Shown here piece after piece: positions 13,330-27,920 of a stretch of 64,000 bases of DNA (the stretch's first letter is position 1; each line of letters begins with the position of its first letter). Position numbers and translations under genes: made by a program. The stretch covers positions 51,770,001 to 51,834,000 of the forward strand of contig OX597831.1 of assembly GCA_951406725.2 (NCBI GenBank), in the 5' to 3' direction. The DNA comes from Octopus vulgaris. Lineage: Eukaryota. A model generated the notes under the pieces. That model did no database searches and was not told where the DNA came from. It saw only the letters and a list, made by a program, of their open reading frames with translations.

Positions 13330-13680
13330 TATGGGAAAGAACAGTATGAGATGTTGACTGGTACGTGGTGTATGAATGCGGCAGAAGCAGAGGTGGTGGA
13401 AATGTAGGAGAGGGAATGTTGAGATGAAGGTGGCCACGTCAAATGCGGAAACCGGTGTGATGAATGAATGGAGGTATATTATGTGTAAGGATATATGCAT
13501 GTAGGGGTATAATTTATGGCTTATGATTGAAAAGAGGTTAGTCTCAGTGTTAATTTTCCTTTGATGGAAGTTAGCTGTGATGGAAATTGGCCAATTTTGA
13601 GTGGGTTTATTGTAAGTCTTCAGTAAATATGAAGTCGTATATCTACAGGAAAATTCTAACTTCAAATTGCGATTTAAGAT
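13330..13680 (-). pseudogene. Possible second PLE RT relic, divergent from the one at 13770
   Basis: EF..DIRLH / KTYNKPT resemble FLD..../TVYRKPT; heavily decayed. Confidence 0.35.
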
Positions 13681-13769
13681 GCTCCCAAGATGGAGCGACT
13701 TAATTCGTTTTTTGATAGTTTTTCATTAGCGCTTAGAGTACAGAACCTTGAACACTGGTCGCCAAGTTT

Positions 13770-14220
13770 TCCAAATTATGTTTTGAAAATTGTGTTAATT
13801 CTTCAAACGCGAAATTTGCCACGACTAAGCAAAAAAGATTTAAGAAACAATCACTTGAAACTAATAATCATGATCAACACGCTTCTCTCAAAAGTTAATT
13901 TCCTCGAAATACGATTTAACTCAGTTGTTTGAAATTACAACGCCTACACAAAACCGAACGAAATCCTTCTATACATCCATGAGAACTCAAACCACCAACT
14001 CCCTAACTTAAAGAATCTATCCTCCAAAGCATTCTCGGATTTTCTGGCATTTCGTGCGATAAAACTTGTTATATAAGAACTGAAAAGATCATCATAACGA
14101 AGACTTTTATCATGGATTGGTTTTAAATATACGACAAAATGAATAGATATAACACAACAAAAAACATCACAAATAACGACAACAACAGTACTAGATGTTA
14201 AAAAGCAAATTACGTAAAAC
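13770..14220 (+). pseudogene. Penelope-like retroelement RT C-terminal relic
   Basis: KVNFLEIRFN..NYNAYTKPNEILLYIHENSNHQLPNLKNL matches the PLE pattern VNFLD...Y.PY.KPN....YIH..SNHPP; stops present. Confidence 0.75.
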
Positions 14221-14759
14221 GGCGTATAAGAACATTGCCACAAGCGCTGAAGTTTTGTAACGCATTACTTAGATTGGAATATGAAGAATGAATGTTTAAG
14301 TCGAGCTGTGCACGTATTTTTTAAAACTATAAAATAAAAAAAGAAACATCATTTTATATAATCTTGTGATATTTCTAATCGTAAAAACTCTGTACGAAAC
14401 AGATAAATATTGGTATTTCGTTTTTGAATTTGGTTTGCAAGATTCTTGATGTGAACTTGTGTATTGAAACAAACTTTGTTAAATGTAAATGACTCTCTCG
14501 AAATTCAACAAAAGATTAATATGGGTACTAAGAGTTGAAAATCTTTAAAATCGTCTTTGTTGAAGTTTACTGCAGACATTTAACTTCAATGAGAATGATT
14601 TCGAAAAATTTTAAAACTTTTCTTTCGCACAAACTTCGCAGAATCTCGAAAGTTAATAGTGTTTTTACAGTATATGCTTTTGCCTCTCAAATCTCTAATG
14701 TATCTAGACAAAATAATGTCTGTGAATCTGGCTGCGTTCTGGAAGCTGTATATTGATTA

Positions 14760-15256
14760 CCGTAAATCCTCGAGTATAATCCGCATTTTTTCCCCAAAAT
14801 TTAAAGGTCAAAATCCCTAGTGTGTACTATATACGAGGTTAAAAATGAAAAATATTTTCTAAGCAATGTCCGAAACTCTATTTGCTGTCCGGCAATGTTT
14901 ATTCAGATGCAGTTTGTGATGTCGGGCGCGAAAATACCTTACGCTAAGCCTGAAAGCAATGAAGTCATAAAAGAATCAACCATAATTTGCAGTAAGCAAC
15001 ATTTATTAAACGTTATTACTGTTATTACTGTTATTTCTTTATTTTCTGCAAATAAAATGCACAAAAAAAGCTACACGTTTGCATTATGTTATATATACAA
15101 TAACAATAAAGGACGTTACCGTACACAGTTTTACAAACCAAGGACGTTATATAGACCGCCTTGACTCAAGTTAGAGAAGGGGTGCGTATTATACACAAGG
15201 TTTAGGTTTAGGGTGCGTATTATACTCAAGGGCGGACTATACTCGAGGATTTACGG
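14760..15256. mobile_element. MITE, Tc1/mariner-pogo superfamily
   Basis: 25-bp TIR ccgtaaatcctcgagtata(a/g)tccgc, TA flanks, subterminal repeats gggtgcgtattatac. Confidence 0.9.
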
Positions 15257-15636
15257 TATATCGTAGTATAAAGGGATTGATCGTTTGATAATACGTTTCA
15301 TTCGTTGGTAATGCATCAGAATTTTGTTTCTTGTGGGGCACGGTGGACTCTGAGGATTGAAAAAGAGACTGATTAAATAATATTATTTGGTTTTTAAACT
15401 TCGCAGCATATGGTGCAAATCTGTTCTGTCTTCTAATTAACAAACAGATGGGGGAAAAGAATTTCTTTGACATTTTGGTAGGAAGAGATGACTTGATATT
15501 TGCCAGTTTGAGAACCATTGCACGAAGGACTTTCAAAGGACAGAGGAAAGAACACAGTAGATAAATTATCTGTTTAAATAACATATATTTATACAGTTAT
15601 ATATCATGTACGTTTGTGTACTTTTATGCTTGCGTG

Positions 15637-15708
<72 letters not shown>

Positions 15709-15849
15709 CAACATGTATTATATAAACACATGTTTATATATTCATATGTTTGTATAATATATATATATTTATGTATGTAGTGAAATAGCTGCATTTTTTT
15801 ATGAAGTATATGTTTATATACTTATAAATATTTATGTATATGGGGAAGG

Positions 15850-16390
15850 ACTTTTTCATTTTAGACATGTTCTTTTGACAACCTGTCCGTTTCAGATTTA
15901 TCTCTTTAATCAAGTTATTTTCATATTTTTGTATGTGTTCTTTACAAGTTGCTTGGAGCAGCAACATTCCAAAATCCATATTCAATGTTTCTAGTCTTTC
16001 GTACTTTCATCTCCCTGGGGAAGTGATGTTGGCATGTGTTGCTGCCTCGTTAGGCCAAGAGAATATTAGTGAGGTCGACAATGCTGCCGGAACTTTAATT
16101 TTGACAGATTTATATGTCATCAGCCAGTTGTTTGTTTTTTGTTTATGACTAATGCATGTTGTCCGTGTTTTTAGCATATTTTAGCAGCGTATCGTGCGAT
16201 GAGTATTGCTTCTATCATTAGTTGTCCATATATATATATATATATTTATTATAAAGAATACTGTTGAAAATACGTGTGTTATTTGCAAATATTTTCCTAT
16301 CTGTCTTATGTGGGTTTGTGAAGTGCATTGAAATTGCTCCTTGTTGTGAGTGCACCACGAGCAGCAAGTAATATTAAATAAATACAAGGA
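15850..16390 (-). pseudogene. Decayed GIY-YIG endonuclease region of a PLE
   Basis: FNITCCSWC..HIRQIGKYL (cf. Y.I.C..C...YIGQTG..L) followed by IQKYENNLIKEINL (cf. E..LI....LN). Confidence 0.45.
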
Positions 16391-17399
16391 ATGATTATTT
16401 ACATTATGTATAACTTATATATGTCTATTACATTTCTATGTATATATATCTTTACGTAGCTACGTTTACATATGTAAACATGTTTACAGAAACGAGAGAA
16501 GTTTTCTCTGGAATGAAGCATTGCGCTAAAAGGCAAAATAATCAATAAATCGTACTAGTTTATTGATCGTTTCGTAATATTTTTTTTCTTTTACTTTTAT
16601 TGATCAACACATTCAGAAGCATATTGCAATGTTTATTCTGATTCCCAAAACGTTGACTGACTGAAAGTGAGTGACAGTGCTACAGGGTGGGAAAGTGAGA
16701 TGCTGAGAGTAGAAGGCAGACAAAGACTCGAACATATTTATATGTATGTATGCATGTATGTATGTATGTATGTATGTATGTATGTATGTATGTATGTATG
16801 TATGTATGTATGTATGTATGTATGTATGTATGTATGTATGTATGTATGTATGTATGTATGTATGTATGTATGTATGTATGTATGTATGTATGTATGTATG
16901 TATGCATATATGTATGTATGTATGTATGCATGCATGCATGCATGTATGTATGTATGTATGTATGTATGTATGTATGTATGTATGTATGTATGATGTGTGT
17001 GTGTGTATTTGTCATCAGTATATATATATATATATATATATCTATATATATATATATATATACATCTAATATAGGATAAAATTTTTTCGAAAAAATTCTA
17101 TCAATGGCCAGCATATTAAAAAATACCTTTAAAGGTTAAATTTATAAGCAATTTATAAGCAATTTATAAACAAATGTATAAGTTGTATATATATATATAT
17201 ATATATATATATGCTTACTTCTTATGCCGCTGGAACTTTCATTCTTCGCTGGTAGTACTTTCCATTGTTCCATGTCATATTAAGGAATGCGAATCACGAA
17301 AAACATAGAGTAGCAACACGGGGAAGTACGAAGTACGTAAAATATACAATTATACTTTAGAATATGTATAACTGAATACTTTTTCGCACGTTTGAGAAA

Positions 17400-17600
17400 C
17401 TAACATTTAAACGTGTGGCCAGATTGGAGCAATCTCGAGTATAATCAGTCGAAATTGCGAAGATAATCTGGTACTCGACTGAGGAAAGAAAACTTCGAAT
17501 GACCCGTTCTTGTTTTCTTTGTATCGTCTATCTGGATGTTTTGTTGTCCCATTTTTGTATCACCTAACTGTCCGGATGCATTGCGTTCTTGTCCCATTTT
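17400..17600 (+). repeat. Dispersed repeat; homologue at about 19385-19500 (-)
   Basis: Shared tggagcaa(a)tctc..cag(t/c)cgaaatt..gactga..cttcgaatgac. Confidence 0.55.
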
Positions 17601-18022
17601 GTATATATATATATACATATATATGAGAGAGAGAGAGAGATTATTTTCCTTATGGAATTGATCAACGGAGACTCTTGAGTACATCATATTATTTAAAAAT
17701 AGGATATTTGTATGCTGCTCTCATGGCCAACATCCTTAACTTCGCAGGTATTTATTGAGAGCTGTTGACAGGATACGAACTGTTGATCACCCTGTCAGTA
17801 GACTGATGCTTTTATGCTTCTTCACTGAGTACAACTTTAATCTTAATTTTTTAAATTTTATTTTATAATTGTTTAGTTTGGAGGAAGGGTCTGTGCGTTT
17901 GAACTTCGCAGGGTTTTCCGGGATCTGAGAGGGCAGTACGGTTGATGTTCTTGAAGTAATTCTAAGTTGATGACAACTACAGAAAAAATCATGGGTAGGT
18001 CAACGTTCCCGTGCTACTGTTA

Positions 18023-18490
18023 ATATTGATTTCAAATTTTGGCACAAGGCCAGCAATTTCGGGGAATTTCCGATAAGATAATTAGATCGGCCCCAATGCC
18101 CAACTGATACTTATTTTATCGACCCGGAAAAGATGACCTCGGCAGAATTTGAACCCAGAACGTAAAGACGGACGGAGTGCTGCTAGGCATTTTGCCCGGT
18201 GTGCTAACGATTCTACCCGCTCACCACCTTACTGCTATTGTTAACAATGTACCATAGACTTTAAGGCGGCAAGCGGGCAGAATCGTTAGCATGCCAGGCA
18301 AAATGCTTAGCGGCTTTTTTGTTTGTCCGTCTTTAAGTTCTGGGTTCAAATTCCGCCGGGGTAGACTTTGCCTTTCATCATTTCGGGTTCGATAAAATAA
18401 GTATCAGCTGAACATTGAGTTTCGATGTAATAAACTTAGACCCCCTCCTCCGAAATTGCTGGCCATGTGCGAAAATTTGAAGCTAATATT
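18023..18490. mobile_element. Head-to-head SINE-A pair
   Basis: 18023-18230 (-) and 18262-18490 (+). Confidence 0.85.
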
Positions 18491-18710
18491 GTACCGTAGT
18501 CTAACATCTGAGGTGCGATCCCCAGAACTGATTTATTCGGAATCGAAGATGACTTGGTACCATGTACCATGCTTTCGCTAATAGTATTAGATGCCCAGGT
18601 TGCCGCGCGCTCATATAGGTACCCTTCCGATCATCCTGCTTCAGATCCAGTGGAACATCCCGGATGTGATTGTTGGATGAAGATAAAGCTATATCAGCAC
18701 CCTCCTCTCT

Positions 18711-18797
<87 letters not shown>

Positions 18798-20346
18798 AGC
18801 AACCAAATCCTCTCAATGTAAGGCAGGCCCGATAAAATAAATACTAAGAACATAGATTCAATTCTTTTTGACCAATCTTGGGCTTGTGATAGAACCAAGT
18901 ATTAGCCCCAGTCTGTAGGCGCTGTCTCTACATGCGAGAAATAACAACCAATAACAATATTGGGGTTGTCGCTGGACTTGCAAGAAATAACAACCAGATC
19001 TCTCTGTAATCACGCACTAACGTCTTTGCAAAAAGCAGATTATGTCGGATAAGTTTGAGTTAGATATCGTTTTATCTTTTAATCTTTTACTTCTTCAGTC
19101 AACGGACTGTGGCCATACTCTGAAGGGTTTTGTCGAACAGATCGACCTTAGTCTGGTACTCACTGTATCACCGTCTCTGGCCGAACGGTTAAGTTACGGA
19201 GACATAAACAAACCAACACCGGTTGTGAGGTGGGGTGAACAAACACAACACTCACATATATATATATTCATATATACTTATATATGTGTGTGTGTATGTA
19301 TAAATGTATGTGTGTATACACGTATGATGTATGTATGTATATATATAGAATAAAAATTTATATATAAGGAACGTGAAATACACGAAAGGACGAACACGGA
19401 AAACAGACAAGTCATTCGAAGCCTTCAATCTTCAGTCAGAAACCGAATCATCATGGCAAATTTCGGCTGTTTAATTCTGAGATTTGCTCCAAATCGGCCA
19501 GCCCCAAGGAAAAAACTAAGCTGTGGGCATTAGATTTCTTGGTAGAAGGAAAGAATGCAAACGCAACAGAGACGAATATAAATACAAGAGACGAAAACAA
19601 AACACATACATAAACACACACTCACATCCACACACCCACGCACATATGTGTATTTATTTGACGGGCTTCATGTAATTTCCGTCTACCAAATTCACTCATA
19701 AAGCATTGGTTATCCAAAGTGCTGCGCAACAATTACAAAACAAACGAGCGAACTAACAAACAAACAAACAAGCAAGCAAACATTAAATAAACGAATAAAT
19801 AAAAAGAAAGGCGGGAAAATCGGGGCTGCCACAGACCTTTGTTGAAAGGTCCACTGGATCAGGATTAACGAATGATGTTGGATGAGTTTAAAGAATTACA
19901 ATCAGTTCTATATAAACATCGATATTGGATAACAACAAATATTCAATAGACATCCAATTTCTCTTGTGTTCTTGCAATTTTTTTTGTTGTCGTTTTTATT
20001 TCTTTTACACAAAAATTTTTTTTATTTCTTTTTCCTATTATCATCATTTTTAGATTTTATTTGATTTTTTTTGTATGTTTATTTTTTATTTTGTTTGCGG
20101 TTTTATTTTTCATCTTTATTGTGTGTGTTGTTCAGTATTGTGTGCTGTGTGCGCGCGCGCGTGTATGCATGTGTTATGCCTGAATGTGTGTATGAGTTTT
20201 GTATGTATTTGAATGTTTTTCTGAGTTTTAATACGTTTATGTGTGTCGTAGCCGTTTGTGTATGGATGTCGGTGAATGCCTATGTGTGAGTGTGTGTTTC
20301 TTTGTGTGTGTGATTGTGTGATTGTGTGTATGTGTAGGTATGAGAT

Positions 20347-20403
<57 letters not shown>

Positions 20404-20455
20404 TATATCATTATGTGATCAAACGTCACGCATCCATATATATATATATGTATGT

Positions 20456-20563
<108 letters not shown>

Positions 20564-20634
20564 TATCACTTTAATATTAGTCAATACCCGTCTAGCTTTC
20601 CCACTCTGAGTTGAAAAGGAATTGAACAACAACA

Positions 20635-20713
<79 letters not shown>

Positions 20714-21027
20714 TCTCCAACGAAGCCATCATCAATACACTAGTAAAAATAACACTCATTCCAATTCTTTCTGCGTTTTTAAATCTTTTATTGGTTTCAA
20801 TGATTGGACCGTGGCCGTGTTGTAGCATCGTCCTCAAGGTTTATTCCCAGATGATCGTTTTGACCAATGTTCTCCGTCTAGGATTTAATGGTATTGATCA
20901 CATCAAAGGAGAATGTTGAAGCTGATAGGGAGTAAATGGAAGTAACTGTGGCAGAACGAAATAATACTATCTACTTTGTTCGGTGCATTCTACTTTGTTT
21001 GATATACACACAAGCTCTCTCACACTA

Positions 21028-21139
<112 letters not shown>

Positions 21140-22667
21140 CACATTGTATGAGGTATAAAATTTTTCAAATCGTCTGTTTACGGAAACGATTGTAATGTCG
21201 ATTTAACTTCTCTCATTTACATTATTGTTGTTATTCACTCTACGGGGCTTATATTAAGCCTATTGGATTTACACTGGAGTTGCAAAGTGTTCCCCTTCGT
21301 AAAAATCAAACAGGCTAAGATGCCTGCACGGTGGGGTCGAACACGAATCGACGTGATTACGGAGTAAGGTTCTTAATTATATGACCATAACTAGTTATAG
21401 TTCTTTAATTGTTGCTATTCCACTTTACTAGAAAAGTGCAAGAAGTTCAGCGTTTTTTTAGGGTTTATTCGGAATGAAGAGACGTAGGTCATGTAGCGTA
21501 CAAGAATCTGAAACTTGCACGATTCATACAGTTGGTGTTTTGGAAGATTTAAATCAACACTTGAAAAAAAAAAAGGTCTTCCCCAAAACCCAGAAGTGAG
21601 AGAATTCTTAAGTGCTATCATTCTAGAAAAAAAGAATCGAGTATAGTGGTTAGTTCTTGAACTCGAGGAAGAGACAGAGTATACATAACTTGGGTGGAGG
21701 TGATATGCAATTCGCTAGTTCAATGGAGCAGAGACTACGGTAAAATCCTACTATAACAACCTGCGTGGAGAAGCAGTAGGTCTGTGGGCGGGAGGCTGCA
21801 GTGAATTTACATCAACCAGTCGGTTACTCGTTTGTGACTGTGATGGTTGTGATGATGGTAGTGGCCAAAGGAAAGTATATACAAGCAGCTCCTTCTTGAT
21901 GTTGAAGTATAAGTCCATTTTGAATTTTACTCCAGCTTTGTAGAATATCAGTGATAAATCAGAGCTAAAGTATACTCTGGCCTTGAAAAAGGATTGCTAG
22001 TTTTTCGGATATAGGTTTAGCTATGTTATGTATGTGTGGTTACCAAGCAAGAGCGGCAACTATTCATAAACAATTTTATTTGTGTTTTTCTCAAGAGCTT
22101 TAGTCATAAGTGAAAGAAATTTGCATCAAACAAGATTCGAAACCGCATCTCGTGGCACAACTCGGCAGAAGATTACTTTTGGTTGCAGAATTGTCATTGG
22201 AGATAAATATAATATTGATTACTTCAAATGAACTGCAAACACTTCCGTTGATAAGAAACTTTCGACTTAATACTTATTGATTTTTTTTTTATCAAACAAA
22301 CACATGCGTGAGCGTACCACTCCCCCCGCCACTCACAGACTCAGACACACAAGCCTATAAATGCGAATCTCTGTGGTCATTCGACCAGCTAGAGATAGCA
22401 GCCGCATCTATAAATAAGATCCTACCAGTTTTTTAAAAAAATGGACAAGGAGGATAATGGGTAAAATCTCTTTTGATCACAGGTTTGTTCAATCAAGGCT
22501 GGCCTGGGGTTAAACAGCAGCAACACCATCAAAACATACCCAAGGGAGAGGTAAACGGTGAATTGATCTGCTTGAAGTAGCAACGAAATTTCCAAATAAC
22601 AGTCAAATATAATAAAGGAAGAAGGATGTATTTGATAATCTGGCCTTAGATGTATTAGATATATGCT

Positions 22668-22755
<88 letters not shown>

Positions 22756-22852
22756 GCCTCCCCCCTCTCTCTCCCCCTCACCCTCTCTCCCCCCCTCTCT
22801 CTCTATATATATATACATACATACAAATGTATAGAGATAAAAAATAGATAGA

Positions 22853-23100
22853 TGGCACCGTGGGCAAGTATCTTCTGCTGTAGCCCCGGGCCGACAAAGC
22901 TTTGTGTGTGCGTGCCTTTGTGCTTGTGCTGTCTTCCACCACCGCTCAAGAATCGGTAACTTTGCGGTTCGCAAAAACTCCCCTGAAAGATTAAGTACAA
23001 GGCTTTAAGAAATAAGTGCTGTGGTCAATTTGTTCGACTAAACCCTTCTAGTGGTACTCCAGCGTGGCCACAGTCGAATGACCTGAAATAAATAAAGGAT

Positions 23101-23168
<68 letters not shown>

Positions 23169-23410
23169 TTTTATTCTTTTACTTGGTTCAGTCATTTTAC
23201 TGCAGCCATGCTGGAGCACCGCCTTAAAGGGTTTTTAGTCGAAGAAATCTACCCCAGAACGGTTCTTTGTGAGCCTAATACTTATTCTATCGGTCTCTTC
23301 TGCCAAACTGCTAAGTTACAGGGACGTAAACATACCAACATCAGTTATCAAGCGATGGTGGTGGTGGTGGCGGGGCAAACGCAGACACAGACACACATAC
23401 ATGAATATAT

Positions 23411-23475
<65 letters not shown>

Positions 23476-23571
23476 CGACGGCTTTCTTTCAGTTTCCGCC
23501 TGCCAAATCCACTCACAAAGCTCTGGCCCGCTCGAGGCTATAGTAAAATACACTTGTCCAAGGTGCCACGC
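22853..23571. mobile_element. Convergent SINE-B pair around (TA)n
   Basis: 22853-23100 (+) and 23165-23571 (-). Confidence 0.8.
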
Positions 23572-23669
23572 ATGAAACGTAAAAGACTTTCTCACTTCCT
23601 GAGCGTTAAACTAATACATCCGTTTGTTGTTTACACAGCCGTCTTTTGTTTTTTTTTGCAAATTCTCAC

Positions 23670-23740
<71 letters not shown>

Positions 23741-23831
23741 ATATTTATATATTTATATATATATATGTATTTATGTATGTATGTATATATGTATGTATGT
23801 AAGTATGTGTGTGTATGTATATGTCTGTCTG

Positions 23832-23871
<40 letters not shown>

Positions 23872-23924
23872 CCTCTCTCTTTTTCTTTTCTCTCTCTCTC
23901 TCTTTCTTCCTCCCTCTTTCTCTT

Positions 23925-23985
<61 letters not shown>

Positions 23986-24583
23986 TCATATGTATACACA
24001 CATACAAACACATAAATTATAAGTACGTATGTATATATCGGATGGTCACGGCTGGATTGGCTTTGATCATAGGTTTACTCGATCGAAACAGATCTGGATT
24101 TAAACCGAAACAACCACTACAATCAATTACATAAACACACATATATACACTCACACGGATAAAAGTTCACCTGTTGAAAAGTTGGTGCCTTTTATTGGTG
24201 TAACTAACATAAGTCTTGATTCTTTGAACTCAAAACTGTCCATGTTATCGTTTCCTGAGATGAATCCACTTAAGCTGTGTTCTCACTCAGTTCAATACAC
24301 GGTCTGCTTTTGATTTCCAGTTTTATACATATGTTATCTATTTTATGTTTCTATCACAATTGATAATACGAACGACACGTAAACATATTTCCTTCACTTT
24401 CCACTCAGAAGTTTTCTTTATATATCGTTGAAAAGTTGACGTGTGCGTAAATGTTTACTACGTATGTATGTATGTATGTATGTATGTATGTATGTATGTA
24501 TGTATGTATGTATGTATGTATGTATGTATGTATGTATGTATGTATGTCCTCTCTGTGTTTAGCCCCTTGTAGGTAGTAAAGAA

Positions 24584-24614
<31 letters not shown>

Positions 24615-24872
24615 TGTATGTATGTATGTATGTATGTATGTATGTATGTATGTATGTATGCATGCATGTATGTATGTGTATGAATGAATAAATGAATGAA
24701 TGAATGTATGTACATATATATATATGTTTATGTATGTGTACTCTTTACACAGACATGTACGTATGTGTGTGTGAATGTGTGTGTGAATGTGTGCGCATGT
24801 ATGTGTTTGTCAATCGAAAGTCTTGTTACATAACGTTAGAAAAATCGATACGTATTATAGATATCTACGTGT

Positions 24873-24921
<49 letters not shown>

Positions 24922-25002
24922 CATATATATATACATATATATATATATACATATATATATATTCTACAAAATTAGAAAATGGAGAAACATACTTAAATCA
25001 AT

Positions 25003-25053
<51 letters not shown>

Positions 25054-25539
25054 CATATGTGTGTGTGCGTGTATATATATACATATATAAGGTTCAATAT
25101 ATGGATTCAAGTAATCCGGCAGTACTCAGAAAAAAAAAAGAACTCCTTAACATATTAGTTTACTAAACATATAGAATATGTAGTTCGAATCAAGAGAAAA
25201 CGATAAGGTGTGTTTGTAAAGTCATAAATGACACCGTCCTCACGAAATCGATAATTAACTTTCAGTTATGCTCTATCATGGCCGCTGCCTAATGACTATT
25301 GATGTTAATGGAATAATAAGATTTACAGAAGTACTCGGTGGGATTATTTTGATCTTACACTCATACACACACGTGTGTTTGTGTGTGTATGTGTGCAATA
25401 AATTGGAAGAGTATTCAATGCATATATTAAAGTGAAATACTTATTTTATAGTCGTTGTATGACTTACTAATCCATGGCTTCAAGTTTCATTTCTATCTAT
25501 AGCAAAAAAAAAAAACAAAAAAAATTTTATTTAAAGTTC

Positions 25540-27230
25540 TTATTGCCTTTTTGATGATTACTATATCCAGCATTTCTGAAAGTCGCTCTTATGCGTCAGT
25601 AATTTCACCAAAGCTTTTAGATAAGATCTCTGTTGTGCAGCTGTGTCTCCTTTGCTAACTGAACAAGACACTTTAGGCTTTGTTCACGCCTTAAGGTTTT
25701 GTAGGAGAGGATCTCGTTATCAGTATCCAACTCACGATGAATATCACCTGTATCAACATTTTCAAATCCCACTTCCTATGCCATTTCTATAAGGCTATTG
25801 CAGATTGGAGCTCTTTCATCCTTAACTCCCATGGTCTTCCTTAACAACGTTTGGATACAATTTTGTGTCTAAGCCCCACTGAAACATTTATGATTATTTT
25901 CTTTCCAGTCATCTTAAATATTTTTAATGCTGGCATAATCTTGTAACCTTCCCAGAATTCTTTGCTGAATTTATTATCAGTTGCCGTAATCAAGTTACAT
26001 AAAGCTCAGTCGAAAATACCATTCTGATCCCTTACCAGTAGTAGTAAAGTTGTGTTTGATGGAATGAAAGCGATTTCAACACGTAAGTACGTAACATTTG
26101 AAGTGAATTGAGATTTGAAATATACCCAGGGGCGCTGTCGAAAGGTAGAATTGCATTCAGTTCGAAATTATTCTCCTTGCAATAATGTTTGACAACAGGG
26201 CAGAAATGTTCAACGAATGATTCAGTAAATAAATTCTATGAAACCTAAGCTTTTCTTTTAGATTTCTATATAACAGCCAAACTCGATTTGGCGACATCTT
26301 TCATTGCTTTTGCAGCAGAATGATAAACAAGGAATGGATTAAGTTTCAACACTCTAGTGGCATTTACTCCTTATAAAATTGTGAAACGATCTTTTGCTGT
26401 TTTATATCCAGGTTCCTTTTCCTTCTTTGAAAGTTTTAGCAAGTAAACGTTCCCAAAATAGCACATATTCGTTTACCTGAAAACTAGATTTCTCTTCAAT
26501 TATATTGCAAATTTCGATGCTACTTGGATGTCAGCACTTTCTGATTCCCCTGTTAGAGAAATTTGATCATTTCTTGAACTACCATCCACGAGAAGCAACG
26601 AATGTTTGGGTGAATTACTGAACTTCTTGTTTCAACTAATGAAACAAATTTAATGTTTTTTTTGTGGATGATAGCTTGGGAGAATGGTGAGTGACACTGT
26701 GACATATCTACTCAAATACTTAATATTTTCTCCGTACAAGACGACGAGCTGGTAGAAGCGTTAGCACGCAGGGTAAAATGCTTTGCGACATTTTGTCTGT
26801 CTTTACGTTCCGGATTCAAATGCCGTCGGGGCCGACTTAGCTTTTCATCCTTTCGGGTTCAATAAAATAAGTACCAGTTGAGCATTAGGGCCGATTTAAA
26901 TGACTTAGCTCCTCCCCCGCAATTGCTGGCTTTGTGCCAAAATTTGAAATCAATATTTTCTCCTTATTTTTCCTTAATTTACTGCGTGGACGTGTTTGTT
27001 CCGAAGCGTTACTCCCCGCTTGAATTTTAAAAAGCAACATGTATTTTTTCAGATTGATTCATTATGATTTTTTAACAGTGCAAGTCCAGATGACACTACA
27101 ATAACAATCTTCTTTAGCCCTCTTACTCTTCTTTTTTCAATCGTTAGTTATGATATTGCTTTTGACTTACTTAACATAATGGGATAACCTGAGTGCTGAA
27201 TTATTATCATTATGCTTTTTCTTTTATGAT
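25540..27230 (-). pseudogene. Old pogo/Tigger-type transposase relic with SINE-A insertion
   Basis: FVASRGW; KDRFTIL*GVNATRVLKLNPFLVYHS; FIPSNTT; many stops; termini not found. Confidence 0.8.
26734..26951 (+). mobile_element. SINE-A inside the pogo relic
   Basis: TSD aatattttctcc (26722-26733 / 26952-26963). Confidence 0.9.
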
Positions 27231-27465
27231 GGCGGGGAAATTACTAAAGTTTAAGAAATTACAAAATTTTTATGCATGCAGTACGTTGTAATACAAACAA
27301 ACACTTCTGGAAGAAAAGGCAAACCAAATGTGACTGATTATTTTCTTTTGTGAAAACCAGTTAAGCAATGCGTCATTCAAATTTAGTGGGGAATTCTGGA
27401 GACGACCAAACAATGAGAATAGTGTCTTTCCGTGGGTTTGGTTGTAAAATTGCTACAATATTTAG

Positions 27466-27507
<42 letters not shown>

Positions 27508-27888
27508 TATAGATATATATATATGTATATATATTACGGAGATATATATATGTATATATATTAGCAAGTGACCTGATCTGAGATCGTGTACTGGAACGAA
27601 AACAATTGGAGAATGGAAGGTGTTTATAAGCCATTTAAGAAACACACAAAAACCGTTAGATTCACTTCAACATTTAAATTTAATTAGCCAAAATATTTTT
27701 GTCGCTTTGATATGTGTGTGTGTGTATGTGTGTGTGAGTGTGTAAGTGTGTATATGTGGTGTATGTACGCACACTCATATATAAGCAGATACATACACAC
27801 TCACGTACATAGTACATACATACATATATGCATGCATGCATGCATACATACATACATACATACATACATACATACATACATACATACA

Positions 27889-27920
<32 letters not shown>

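Noticed and set aside
16085-16128. Minus-strand CTGATGA with small hairpin
   Set aside because: Lacks GAAA and lies within the decayed GIY-YIG coding relic.
18500-18700. Possible LINE endonuclease remnant or exon
   Set aside because: Only faint motif similarity and multiple stops; cannot be supported by eye.
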